Translations under genes and position numbers: made by a program
Shown here: positions 45,139-55,068 of the stretch, in pieces
Position numbering within the stretch: the stretch's first letter is position 1
Layout: each line of letters begins with the position of its first letter
Source of the DNA: Candidatus Eiseniibacteriota bacterium
GTDB lineage: Bacteria; Eisenbacteria; RBG-16-71-46
DNA: 64,000 bases
Assembly (NCBI GenBank): GCA_031370785.1
Contig: JANMQY010000058.1
Span: 32,001-96,000, forward strand
Direction: 5' to 3'
Notes under the pieces: model-generated
The model's database searches: none
The model's input: the letters and a program-made list of their open reading frames with translations, nothing else
What the model was told of the DNA's origin: nothing

Positions 45139-47964
45139 ATGTCGCGCAATACTTGCCCGTTCTATCGCCTCCTCCTGCCACTCCTCATCCTGCTCGCGGT
45201 GGCTCCCGCAGCATGGTCCGGCACCACCGGTAAGATCACCGGCCGCGTCACCAACGAGAAGAAGGAGCCGCTCGCCGGTGTGAACATCCGGATCGAAGGC
45301 CTTCGGCTCGGAGCGATCTCCGACGATCAGGGCAGCTTCTTCATCATCGGAGTTCCAGGCGGCACCTACACAGTGCGTGCCAACCTCCTCGGCCAGGCGC
45401 CCTACGTCGTCGACAACGTTTCGGTCTCGCCCGACTTCACCACCGAAGTAAACATCGCGATGAAGTCCGAGGCGGTGCAGATGCAGGAGGTCAGGGTCGA
45501 TGCCGAGCGCCCGCTCCTCCAGAAGGACGCAACCAGCACGTCGCGCTTCCTCTCGGCGGATCAGATCGCGCGCATGCCGACCCGGGGATATCAGGAGGCG
45601 GCCGCGCAGCAATCGGGCGTGATCGCCTTCCAGCGCCTGATCGACCGCGAATCGCAGAACGGACCCACCCTGATCATCCGCGGCGGCCGTCCCAACGAGA
45701 CCGCGTTCTTCGTGGACGGGTTCTCGCAGCAGGATCCGCTGACCGGCAACTCGACGACCAGCATCAACAACAACGCGATCCAGGAAGTCGTGGTCATGAA
45801 CGGCGGATTCAGCGCCGAATACGGGCGCATCATGTCGGGCGTGGTCAACGTGCTGACCAAGGAGGGCGCGAAACGCTACAGCGGTAGCGTCGAGGCGCTC
45901 ACCGACAATTTCACCGGGATGGGCAAGAGCTTCCTCGGCACAAAGGCCTACGACTACAACATCTACGACGCCAACCTCGGCGGTCCTCTGCTTCCCGGCC
46001 ATGAGGGAGGCACGTTCTACGTCAGCGGTCAGCGCCGTTGGGAGGGGGACCGCAGTCCGAACGGCGGATTCGACGACCCGCTGCCTTCGAACAATCTCGG
46101 AGGCTGGACCGGCCAGGCGAAGCTCGCGATTCCGGTCGGGAAGAGCATTTCATTCAAGCTCGGTGGGCTCTACTCGAAGGACGACTGGCGCGAGTACCTG
46201 AACACCTATCGCTTCAACCTGCTGCACGCGCCGCGCTACGCGGACCGCAACCGTTCGCTGACCGGCTCGATCAGCCACACGATCAATGCGAAATCGTTCT
46301 ATACGCTCGGCGCGAACTACTTCTACACCGAGCGCAAGCGCGGTGACGGGCTCTACTTCGACAACATCGACCTGTACAGCTCGCACCCGCAGGTCGATTT
46401 CGATACCGCGATCCCGTGGTTCTGGCCGGGCACCTCGGATCCGAATTCGCCGGTCGGTTCCGTGCTCAACGATATCGCCCGGTCGGACACGACCGGCGGA
46501 AATGGCCACATCTTCGACGACTATCTGCGCCGCCAGTCGCAGTACGTCGGGCTGAAGGCCGACTTCACTACGCAATGGAATCCGTTCCATCAGATCAAGA
46601 CCGGAGCCGAAGTCGATCGGCACACGCTTCGGTTCTACGAGCATTACTTCCCGGTCCAGTTCCCGGCCAACACCGTGGATATCGATCGCTACGGGTTCAG
46701 CACCGACGGTCGGCAGAACGACGATTCCGGGCTCGACGGTCCGCGCCAGCCGCTCACCGCTTCGTACTACCTGCAGGACAAGTACGAGCGCGCGGGGCTG
46801 GTGGTGAATGCCGGGGCGCGCTACGACTTCATCAACGTCGACGTTCAGGCGCTGAAGAGCGAGGACCTGCCGCTGGGCGGCGACGGCCAGCTGCGCAGCG
46901 ACGATCTGGTCCAGAACAAGAAGTACAGCCGCATCAGCCCGCGACTCGGCATCGGCTTCCCGGTCACGGACCGGACGGTGATGCACGTCAACTTCGGGCA
47001 GTTCTTCCAGCAGCCGAACCTGCAGGACCTCTACGTCTCGTATCGGTTCCTCGAGCACAAGGTGCAGTCCGGCGGCTACTTCGTCGGCTTCGGCAATCCG
47101 AACCTGAAGCCCGAGCAGACCACGGCGTACGAGGTCGGCATCGCACACCAGCTGAGTGACTACGCCAAGTTCGACATCACCACCTATTACAAGGACGTGA
47201 AGGACCTGGTCGAGATCTCGAACATTGCGTCGTTCCCGAACAGCTTCGCGAGCTACCGGAACAAGGACTTCGCGACCATCAAGGGGATCGACCTCGGCTT
47301 CACGCTGCGTCGGGTCAATCACATCCAGACTAATATCGCGTACAGCCTTTCGTACGCGGTCGGCACCGGCTCGGTCTCGAACACCCAGCGCAACATCGCC
47401 TGGACGGCAAGCGATCCGCCCAAGCAGACCGCGCCGCTCGACTTCGACCAGCGCCACAAGGTCTCGATCAATGTCGACTACGCGCTGGGCAAGGGCGAGG
47501 GACCGAACGTGGTCGGGCATAGCTGGCTCGGCAATCTCGACGTCAACCTGCTCTACAACATCGGCAGCGGGACGCCGTACACGCCGACCAACGTCTACGA
47601 CGAACCGACGCTGGCGGCAGTCGCATCGCAGCCGGTGGGTCCGCTCAACTCGCGCTACGGTCCCTGGACTCAGAGCCTGGATCTCAAGGCGACCAAGTCC
47701 TTCACGGTGGCGGGACTCGACATGGGCGCATACGTGTGGGTGCTCAACGCGTTCGACGTCAAGAACGCGGTACAGGTCTTCACCAGCACCGGCTCGCCCC
47801 GCACCACCAGCTGGCTGAATACGCCTGAAGGCCAGAACGCGAGCGCGAACCTGAACACCAAGTACGGAATCGATGCTTCGCAGGCGTACGCGATGGCGCT
47901 GCAGAGCCCGTCGCTGTACAGCAACCCGAGAATGGTCCGCTTCGGCGTCCGGATGGGCTTCTAG
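45139..47964 (+). CDS. TonB-dependent receptor with an N-terminal carboxypeptidase-regulatory-like domain
   Basis: GTTGKITGRV..EPLAGVNI; plug IRGGRPNE..VDG and GGFSAEYG..SGVVN; ISPRLG; GNPNLKPEQT..YEVG; C-terminal PRMVRFGVRMGF. Confidence 0.93.
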   Translation: MSRNTCPFYRLLLPLLILLAVAPAAWSGTTGKITGRVTNEKKEPLAGVNIRIEGLRLGAISDDQGSFFIIGVPGGTYTVRANLLGQAPYVVDNVSVSPDFTTEVNIAMKSEAVQMQEVRVDAERPLLQKDATSTSRFLSADQIARMPTRGYQEAAAQQSGVIAFQRLIDRESQNGPTLIIRGGRPNETAFFVDGFSQQDPLTGNSTTSINNNAIQEVVVMNGGFSAEYGRIMSGVVNVLTKEGAKRYSGSVEALTDNFTGMGKSFLGTKAYDYNIYDANLGGPLLPGHEGGTFYVSGQRRWEGDRSPNGGFDDPLPSNNLGGWTGQAKLAIPVGKSISFKLGGLYSKDDWREYLNTYRFNLLHAPRYADRNRSLTGSISHTINAKSFYTLGANYFYTERKRGDGLYFDNIDLYSSHPQVDFDTAIPWFWPGTSDPNSPVGSVLNDIARSDTTGGNGHIFDDYLRRQSQYVGLKADFTTQWNPFHQIKTGAEVDRHTLRFYEHYFPVQFPANTVDIDRYGFSTDGRQNDDSGLDGPRQPLTASYYLQDKYERAGLVVNAGARYDFINVDVQALKSEDLPLGGDGQLRSDDLVQNKKYSRISPRLGIGFPVTDRTVMHVNFGQFFQQPNLQDLYVSYRFLEHKVQSGGYFVGFGNPNLKPEQTTAYEVGIAHQLSDYAKFDITTYYKDVKDLVEISNIASFPNSFASYRNKDFATIKGIDLGFTLRRVNHIQTNIAYSLSYAVGTGSVSNTQRNIAWTASDPPKQTAPLDFDQRHKVSINVDYALGKGEGPNVVGHSWLGNLDVNLLYNIGSGTPYTPTNVYDEPTLAAVASQPVGPLNSRYGPWTQSLDLKATKSFTVAGLDMGAYVWVLNAFDVKNAVQVFTSTGSPRTTSWLNTPEGQNASANLNTKYGIDASQAYAMALQSPSLYSNPRMVRFGVRMGF

Positions 47965-48002
47965 ACATGGCTCGACCCAACGGTGAACCAGAGGGGATTC
48001 GC

Positions 48003-50999
48003 ATGAATACGACTCGTGTCCTGATGTGGATCGTTCTGATCTCGAGCCTGGCCGGCGTCGCTGCGGCGGCGCCGATCCGGGGATCTTCGCGCCGGGCCAA
48101 GCCGGCGAGCTCCAAGGTCGTGGACAACAGCCAGCGGATCGACATCAACAACGTGTCGATGGTGGTCACCAACACCGGTTCGTTTGCCTACGACAAGTCG
48201 ACCGGCAACTCGGGTCTCGAGTTCCCCAAGGGCACCGGGAAAACCGCGGTGTTCGCTGCCGGTCTCTGGGTCGGCGCGACGGTCGGCGGCCAGACCCGCG
48301 TGGCCGTCTCGGAGTATTCCGACGATTACGCACCGGGACAGGCCGTGGGCGGGCTTGCCGATGATTTCACCAAGCCCGAGTACAAGGTCTACAAACTGGA
48401 TCGGGTCTACGACGATCTGGCGGTTCGAGATGCCGCGCTTGCCGACTACAACGCCGGCGCGGTTCCGCATGGCGCGCCGCCGGTGACGGTTCAGGGCGAC
48501 GGTTCGCTCGACATCCTTGGCGACCAGATGCTGTGGGCGGTCTACAACGACCGCAATCTGACCCCCCCGCGGCACACCAATCGTGCCGGCGACAATGGTT
48601 TACCGGTAGACCAGCGATGGCTCGGACTCGAGATCCAGCAGACCACGTTCGCGTTCAACCGGCAGGGCGCGCTCGGCAACACCGTGTTCATCCGGTACAA
48701 GATCATCAATCGCGGGCCGAATCAGCTCGACAACATGTACGTGTCGCAGTGGAGCGATCCCGACCTCGGCGGGGCGACCGACGACCTGGTCGGCTGCGAT
48801 CCATCGCTCGGCCTCGGCTACATCTACAACGCCTCGAACGCCGACGAGCAGTACGGCGGACAGCCCCCCGCGGTCGGCTACGACTTCTTCAAGGGACCGA
48901 CGGTGGGAGCGACGACGCTCGGCATGACGTCGTTCAACAAGTACATCAACGGAACCGACCCCAACACCGCGACCAAGTCCTACAACTACATGAAGGGTCT
49001 GGATGCCAACGGCAACGTCGTCATCAATCCGGTGACCGGACTGCCGACGACCTATCAGGTGTCGGGAGACCCGGTGACCGGCTCGGGCTGGCTGGACTCC
49101 AATCCCGCCGACCGGCGTCTCATGCTCTCGAGCGGTCCCTTCTCGATGGCGCCAGGCACCGCCCTGGGAGCCGTAGACAGCCAGGAGGTCGTTGCCGCGA
49201 TCGTCGTCGGGCAGAGCAAGAATCGCCTCGCGAGCATCTCGCTCATGAAGTTCTACGACACGTTCGCCCAGGCGGCGTTCGACGTGGACTTCAACCTGCC
49301 GAGTCCGCCGCAGTCGCCCAACGTGGTCGCGACCCCGCGACACGCTTCGGTGTTCCTCTCGTGGGACACGGTCGCCGAGAACTATAGTGAAGACCCATAC
49401 CAGTTCGAAGGTTACGTGGTGTATCAGGGCGCCTCGATCGCCGGTCCGTTCGTTCGCATCGCCACCTTCGACAAGGTGAATGGGATCACGAACGTCATCG
49501 ACAACGATTTCAACGAGGATCAGGGTCTGATCCTTCCGATCGGCAAGGCGTTCGGATCGGACGTCGGGCTCCGGCACTCGATCGAGATCGATCAGGACTA
49601 CGTCCGCGGCGGCCCGCTGTACGACGGGCAGAGGTACTACTACGCGGTCACCGCGTACGCGGTCGACGTGAACAGCTTCCCAAAGGTGCTGGAATCCGCG
49701 TTCGAGGTCATCCCGGTGGTTCCGCAGACGCCGCCCGCCGGGACCAACCTCGCGACCGCGACCGTGAGCGCGATCGTTCAGGGCCAGATCGTCCCGAACC
49801 CGAATCCGACCACCGATGCGGTGACGGTGACCACGCTTGACCCGGCGACCGTCATCGACGCGAGCTGGTACATCGGATTCAAGCCGGCCGGTCCCGCCAG
49901 CACGCAGATCGTGTGGTACCTCGTGCGCACGGTGGGCACTCAGGTGGATACGGTAATCAACAACTGGCCCAACTTTTCGGGGGACGAGAACTACCCGGTC
50001 GTCAACGGCATCCAGGTGAAGATCGTGAGTTATCCGCCGGGCCATCTCGCCCGGGCCGCGTACGTCGACACCGCCGGAGGAAGTCCGGCGGCGCTCGCCG
50101 GATATGACGGCGCCGGTCTGCCGTTCTGGGATGGTGGCGCGGGCTATGCAGCCGACCTGTTCGGGTCGTCGATCGCCTCGGGCACGCCCGGACCCAACGT
50201 TCAGGTTCGCTTCACCGGTGGCCCCGCCGGGCAGAAGGCCTACCGTTATCTGCGTTGCAACTGCTCGCCGCGTACCTACCTGATCCAGGACTACGTGGAC
50301 GTGCCGTTCACGGTGTACGACACCGACACCGACACCCAGCTCAATGCCGCGTTCCTGGAAAACGGGCCGGGGACCATCGACGATGGAGTCTGGAACCCGG
50401 ACGACAGTCCGAACGGACAGCGCGAGATCGTGTGGGTGATGTCGAGCACCTATACCGGTGTCGCGGATCCGAATTACTTCAACGATCCAGCGCTCAAGGA
50501 CGTCCTCGGCGGCAACATCGATTTCTGGTACGCGATGTGGCCGTATCGGGTGTCCGCGACTGCAGTCATCGATGCCGGCGACAAGTTCCTGTTCACCACC
50601 AGCATTCCGTCGACGGAGAACGACTACTTCACGTTCACGACCACCGCGGCCAACAAGGGCGATGTGGCAGCGGCCAAGTCGGAGATGTCGCGCATCCAGG
50701 CCGTCCCCAACCCGTACTTCAGCCACTCGACATACGAGACCAATCAGTTCCACCGCATTCTCAAGTTCACGCACCTGCCGGAACGCTGCACGCTCAGGAT
50801 CTTCAACCTCGCCGGCGACAAGGTGCGCACGCTCGAGAAGAACGACGCCACTTCGCAGCTGACCTGGGATCTCGAGACGGATCAGGGGCTGCCCGTGGGC
50901 AGCGGCATCTACATCTTCCACGTCGATGCGCCCGGCTTCGGGACTCACGTGGGCAAGGTTGCGGTCTTCATGGAAAAGGAGCGCCTGAACAACTTCTAG
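48003..50999 (+). CDS. Large secreted protein with an FN3-like domain and a T9SS-type C-terminal sorting domain
   Basis: Signal peptide; IDINNVSM, EFPKGTGKT, WSDPDLG and YYYAVTAY; CTD VPNPY...IFNLAGDKVRTL...WDL...GSGIYIFHV. Confidence 0.85.
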   Translation: MNTTRVLMWIVLISSLAGVAAAAPIRGSSRRAKPASSKVVDNSQRIDINNVSMVVTNTGSFAYDKSTGNSGLEFPKGTGKTAVFAAGLWVGATVGGQTRVAVSEYSDDYAPGQAVGGLADDFTKPEYKVYKLDRVYDDLAVRDAALADYNAGAVPHGAPPVTVQGDGSLDILGDQMLWAVYNDRNLTPPRHTNRAGDNGLPVDQRWLGLEIQQTTFAFNRQGALGNTVFIRYKIINRGPNQLDNMYVSQWSDPDLGGATDDLVGCDPSLGLGYIYNASNADEQYGGQPPAVGYDFFKGPTVGATTLGMTSFNKYINGTDPNTATKSYNYMKGLDANGNVVINPVTGLPTTYQVSGDPVTGSGWLDSNPADRRLMLSSGPFSMAPGTALGAVDSQEVVAAIVVGQSKNRLASISLMKFYDTFAQAAFDVDFNLPSPPQSPNVVATPRHASVFLSWDTVAENYSEDPYQFEGYVVYQGASIAGPFVRIATFDKVNGITNVIDNDFNEDQGLILPIGKAFGSDVGLRHSIEIDQDYVRGGPLYDGQRYYYAVTAYAVDVNSFPKVLESAFEVIPVVPQTPPAGTNLATATVSAIVQGQIVPNPNPTTDAVTVTTLDPATVIDASWYIGFKPAGPASTQIVWYLVRTVGTQVDTVINNWPNFSGDENYPVVNGIQVKIVSYPPGHLARAAYVDTAGGSPAALAGYDGAGLPFWDGGAGYAADLFGSSIASGTPGPNVQVRFTGGPAGQKAYRYLRCNCSPRTYLIQDYVDVPFTVYDTDTDTQLNAAFLENGPGTIDDGVWNPDDSPNGQREIVWVMSSTYTGVADPNYFNDPALKDVLGGNIDFWYAMWPYRVSATAVIDAGDKFLFTTSIPSTENDYFTFTTTAANKGDVAAAKSEMSRIQAVPNPYFSHSTYETNQFHRILKFTHLPERCTLRIFNLAGDKVRTLEKNDATSQLTWDLETDQGLPVGSGIYIFHVDAPGFGTHVGKVAVFMEKERLNNF

Positions 51000-51056
51000 T
51001 TGCCGGCGAAAACCGACATGAACGATCCACTTTGCAACCGAGAGGAGCGCACAGCC

Positions 51057-52076
51057 ATGAAGGCCTATCGATGGATGGGGATGGCAGTCGCCGTCCTGAT
51101 GATCACTGCCGGGGCGGCGTGGGCCGGGTCGTCACGACTCGGCACCGCGGGCGCACCCGAAATGAGACTCCCGGTCGGCGCCCGCAGCACGGCGCTTGCC
51201 GGGGCGAACGTCGGGGATGTTTCGGGGGTGGAGGCGCTGTACTTCAACCCCGCCGGGCTCGCCGCGACCGACAACGCGACCGAGATCATGTTCAGCCACA
51301 CCGACTACCTGGCCGGGATGGGGCTCAACTACTTCGGCCTCGGACGCTCGATGGGCGGCCTCGGCATGATCGGAGTCAGCGTCAAGGTGCTGAGCGTCGG
51401 AGAGATCATGCGCACCAGCGAGGTCGCGCCGGACGGGACGGGCGAGACGTTTACGCCCACCTTCAGCACGCTCGGCCTGACCTATGCGAAGCGCATGACC
51501 GACCGGGTGAATTTCGGCGGCACGGCGTACTACGTCTCCGAGCGCATCCTGCAGGAGACGGCGGCCGGAGCGGCGTTCGACTTCGGCTTCCAGTACGACA
51601 CCGGCTACCACGGCATGAAGCTCGGGATGGCGATGAAGAACTTCGGGTCCGCGCTCGGGTTCACGGGCAGCGATTTCGAGCTGAACCAGCGCCTCAACAC
51701 CGATGACCCGCAGTCCGGCAACAAGACGCTGGCGCTGAGCTCGGCCAGCTTCGAGTTGCCTTCGACCTTCCAGCTCGCGCTGTCGCTGCCACTGATCCAG
51801 GGCATCAACGCTTTCTCGCTCCACGGGCTCTACCAGAACAACAGCTTCGACGTCGACGAGGGTCGGGTGGGCGCGGAGTTCGTGGCGCGCAAGGCGCTGG
51901 CGCTGCGTGCCGGCTACAAGATCACCTCGAACAAGGATGATCTGTTCGGGCTGAGCTACGGCGCCGGAGTGCGCGTGCCGCTTGGCGCGAATCACATGTG
52001 GGTGGAGTACGCAGGCCAGCAGGTCAGCGATTTCTTCGACAACGTTCAGCACATTTCGGTCAGCATGAGCTTCTGA
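51057..52076 (+). CDS. PorV/PorQ family outer-membrane beta-barrel (FadL-like fold)
   Basis: GTAGA..MRLPVGARSTALAGA, ALYFNPAGLA, AFDFGFQY, LALRAGY; C-terminal aromatic residue (SMSF). Confidence 0.88.
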   Translation: MKAYRWMGMAVAVLMITAGAAWAGSSRLGTAGAPEMRLPVGARSTALAGANVGDVSGVEALYFNPAGLAATDNATEIMFSHTDYLAGMGLNYFGLGRSMGGLGMIGVSVKVLSVGEIMRTSEVAPDGTGETFTPTFSTLGLTYAKRMTDRVNFGGTAYYVSERILQETAAGAAFDFGFQYDTGYHGMKLGMAMKNFGSALGFTGSDFELNQRLNTDDPQSGNKTLALSSASFELPSTFQLALSLPLIQGINAFSLHGLYQNNSFDVDEGRVGAEFVARKALALRAGYKITSNKDDLFGLSYGAGVRVPLGANHMWVEYAGQQVSDFFDNVQHISVSMSF

Positions 52077-52118
52077 TCCACGCGGGGAGCTCTGTCCTCG
52101 CGTCGACCGGAAAGCGAT

Positions 52119-52150
52119 CGGCCCGGTTCCCTGTCCAGGGAGCCGGGCCG
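52119..52150. terminator. Hairpin between the convergent porV-like gene and gdhA
   Basis: CGGCCCGGTTCCCT-GTCC-AGGGAGCCGGGCCG (14-bp stem with one G-U); U-tracts are weak. Confidence 0.6.
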
Positions 52151-52180
52151 TCGTGCGTCAGGCGATCTGGCGCTACCGCA

Positions 52181-53449
52181 TCAGGCGTAGACGCCGCGCA
52201 GCATGATCACCTTGACCACGCGCCCGATCGCCACCATGAAGGCGGCCACACGCATGTTGACGTTGATCTCGACCGACTTGGCGAGCACGTCCTGGAAGGC
52301 CTGCACCATGGTGTGCTCGAGGCGCTCGTTCACTTCCTTCTCGGGCCAGTAGAGGCCCATCCGGTTCTGCACCCACTCGAAGTACGAGACCGTCACGCCG
52401 CCGCCGTTGCACAGGATGTCGGGAATGATGAATACGCCCTTCTTCTCGAGGATCTTGTCGGCATCGGGCGTGGTCGGACCGTTCGCGCCCTCGGCGATGA
52501 TCTTGGCCTTGACCCGGTCTGCGTTCTCGACGGTGATCTGACTCTCGAGCGCCGCGGGGACCAGGATGTCGCAGTCGTGCTCGATGATCGAGGTAGTGAG
52601 CGGTTGCGCTCCCGGGAAGCCCTTCACTCCGCGATGGTCGGCGACCCAGCTGATGAGCGCGGGGACGTCGAGTCCATCCGGATTCTGGATCGCGCCCGAG
52701 ATGTCCGAGGCGGCGACGATCCTGGCGCCCATCTTGGCGAGCAGGTCGGCCGAGACCGAGCCCACGTTGCCGAAGCCCTGGACCGCCACCCGCGCGCCTT
52801 TGAGCGGCATCTTGAGATGCTCGCACGCGTCGCGGACGCACAGCATCACGCCGCGCCCGGTGGCTTCGCGGCGCCCGGCGGATCCACCCACCTCGAGCGG
52901 CTTGCCGGTCACCACCGCGTACTCGGTGCGACGCTCGTGCATCGAGTAGGTGTCCACGATCCACGCCATCACCTGCGCGTCGGTGTTCACGTCGGGCGCC
53001 GGAACGTCGCTTTCGGGGCCGAACAGGTCGCTCAGGTCTGCGGCGTAGCGGCGCGTCAGGCGCTCGAGCTCGCCGCGCGACAGCTTCGAGGGGTCGCACT
53101 CGATGCCGCCCTTGCCGCCGCCGAACGGGATGTTCATGACCGCGCACTTCCACGTCATCCACGCGGCCAGCGCCTCGACCTCTTCCAGGGTGACCTGCGG
53201 GTGATACCGGATGCCGCCCTTGGCCGGCCCGCGCACGATCGAGTGTTGCACGCGATAGCCCTTGAACACCTTGATCGTGCCGTCGTCCATCTGGATCGGC
53301 AGGGAAACGATCGTCGCCCGGCGCGGATTCTTGATGACGGCCTTGATGCCTTCGGCGAGGTTGAGCCGCGCGGCCGCTTCGTCGAACTGGCGCTCGGCGT
53401 TCGCGAGCGGGTTCAGATCCTTCTGGATGTTCGCGCCTTCTGCGGGCAT
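52181..53449 (-). CDS. gdhA: Glutamate dehydrogenase (Glu/Leu/Phe/Val dehydrogenase family)
   Basis: GPAKGGIRY, MTWKCA, GGGKGG, DVPAPD, ATGRG, QGFGNVG, EGANGP and SYFEWVQN. Confidence 0.95.
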   Translation of the reverse strand: MPAEGANIQKDLNPLANAERQFDEAAARLNLAEGIKAVIKNPRRATIVSLPIQMDDGTIKVFKGYRVQHSIVRGPAKGGIRYHPQVTLEEVEALAAWMTWKCAVMNIPFGGGKGGIECDPSKLSRGELERLTRRYAADLSDLFGPESDVPAPDVNTDAQVMAWIVDTYSMHERRTEYAVVTGKPLEVGGSAGRREATGRGVMLCVRDACEHLKMPLKGARVAVQGFGNVGSVSADLLAKMGARIVAASDISGAIQNPDGLDVPALISWVADHRGVKGFPGAQPLTTSIIEHDCDILVPAALESQITVENADRVKAKIIAEGANGPTTPDADKILEKKGVFIIPDILCNGGGVTVSYFEWVQNRMGLYWPEKEVNERLEHTMVQAFQDVLAKSVEINVNMRVAAFMVAIGRVVKVIMLRGVYA

Positions 53450-53562
53450 GAGGTTCCTCCGGCGAAGGAGCGACGGGCCCGATGCGGCCGGCGCGCGGTC
53501 GCGGTCCCTGATCTCCCTCGCGGGTGCATGACGGATGGGAAGGTGTCGAAAAAGTGCGCGGC

Positions 53563-53592
53563 AGTATAGCCCCGGCTCGCGCCGATCAACAA
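53563..53592 (-). promoter_or_regulatory. Putative sigma70-type promoter of gdhA
   Basis: TTGTTG-N18-TATACT. Confidence 0.45.
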
Positions 53593-53638
53593 GCGAGACC
53601 CGGCAGCGCAGGGTCCGGCGGCGTCAACTGATGGAGCC

Positions 53639-54424
53639 CTAGCGGAACCAGACCTTGAGGTGACCCCACATCATCTCGGGAGGGAGCGGGTCTCCAGGAA
53701 ATGGCGCGGCCTGGCTGGTTCGATTGAGCCGCGCGGCCCGACTCGTTCCCGGTGCGGGACGCATCGCGTTCTGAGGGTTGCCGCTTTCGGGCGTGGTCTC
53801 GTCTTCCCAGCGCTCGATCCACCAGCGATTGGCGTCGGGCTTGAAGCCGCGGTCGACCAGCTCCTGAGGGATGGCCGCGGAATCGCCACGCACCAGGTAA
53901 AACAGGCCAGGTCCCTTGATCTCGGTGCTGCTCTCGCCGACGTTGATGCGCAGAAGCACCTGCGCGCGAATCTGCTTGTGCCATCCCGGGTCCTTGCCCG
54001 GGCGCGCATCGGGCACCGCGACCAGATCCGAGGTGTAGTCGAACGTGATGCTGGTCGCCGGTGGATCGGAGGCAGTGCCAGTGACGAACAGCTTTTCCGC
54101 GCTGAGCAGCTCGTCCTCGCGCCGCCACGGCTTGACGGTGGGATCGTAGGTGCTTCCGGACGAGTCGCGGACCGAGAACTTGAACAGGTAGTCGTCGGTG
54201 AAGATCTCGCGATACTCGGTGATCGCGCGATTTCTCCAGCACCACTGGAACAGGCGCAGCACGCCGGCCGCACTGGTCGGTGCCGGAGGTGGAGTCGGAG
54301 GCGCGCCGCCGGCGGCGAGACGCGGCGAGAAGGGATTGAAGCAGCCGGTGGCCCCGAACGCGCCCAGCACCAGCGCCGCAAACACCACCACCTGCACTCC
54401 GAGAAGTCTCGAGCGAGCGCTCAT
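53639..54424 (-). CDS. Lipoprotein, putative NTF2/SnoaL-like fold
   Basis: Lipobox ATG-C followed by FNPFSP; YREIFTDDYLF, WRREDEL and WWIERWED. Confidence 0.75.
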   Translation of the reverse strand: MSARSRLLGVQVVVFAALVLGAFGATGCFNPFSPRLAAGGAPPTPPPAPTSAAGVLRLFQWCWRNRAITEYREIFTDDYLFKFSVRDSSGSTYDPTVKPWRREDELLSAEKLFVTGTASDPPATSITFDYTSDLVAVPDARPGKDPGWHKQIRAQVLLRINVGESSTEIKGPGLFYLVRGDSAAIPQELVDRGFKPDANRWWIERWEDETTPESGNPQNAMRPAPGTSRAARLNRTSQAAPFPGDPLPPEMMWGHLKVWFR

Positions 54425-55068
54425 CGAAAATCCATTCTGCGGGCCGAGAAGCTCTGGTCTTCCTGATTCTGCGGGGACACGCCGACTGCAGGGTCCACGT
54501 GATCGGTCCAGCGCGTCAGGAACCACCGCGTACCGACGTAAACGAAATCAAGATCCGCATATCCGACCGCGATGCGCTCGGCGTCGCCTTCCTGCGGCAG
54601 AGCATACACCTGATAGCGCCGGTGGAGGATGACGTGAGTAGTCTCGATGAAGTCGTTCTGGGTCGGGTCCGGTGACCACTGCATGTCGAAAGGCTGGCTG
54701 CGCACGTCCTGAACGAATCGGCTATAGAAGCGGCGCTCCTCGTCCACTCCCCAGACCGAGGGAGCCGGCTCGTTGCGAGCGTTGGGCACGGCCGGATCGA
54801 ACGTGGCCGCGAACGCCGTTCCTCCACTGGTTGGAGTAGAAAGGGCCCCGATGTAGGCATCCAGTCCATTGCCCTGCGCCTTTGCTTCGAGCCCACGCGC
54901 CATTGTCTCGAGCGCCGAATCCGGGTCGGTGTAGTTGACGACGACGAACACTCCGCCGCTGCCCTGTTCCGGCACCGCCGGGCGAAACAGGTTGCAACCT
55001 CCGAACGCGCCGGTGCTGGCGCACCAGACGAGCGTGAGGAGCAGAACCAGCGTCAGTCGATTTCTCAT
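54421..55068 (-). CDS. Lipoprotein, putative NTF2/SnoaL-like fold (paralog of the downstream gene)
   Basis: Lipobox FGG-C followed by NLFRP; YIGALS, WGVDEER and WFLTRWTD. Confidence 0.75.
   Translation of the reverse strand: MRNRLTLVLLLTLVWCASTGAFGGCNLFRPAVPEQGSGGVFVVVNYTDPDSALETMARGLEAKAQGNGLDAYIGALSTPTSGGTAFAATFDPAVPNARNEPAPSVWGVDEERRFYSRFVQDVRSQPFDMQWSPDPTQNDFIETTHVILHRRYQVYALPQEGDAERIAVGYADLDFVYVGTRWFLTRWTDHVDPAVGVSPQNQEDQSFSARRMDFR

Noticed and set aside
31713..52076. Somewhat lower GC in the pilin and TBDR clusters as evidence of horizontal transfer
   Set aside because: Explained by Asn/Thr/Tyr-rich secreted proteins that keep GC-rich third positions; no integrase, transposase, att site or tRNA nearby.
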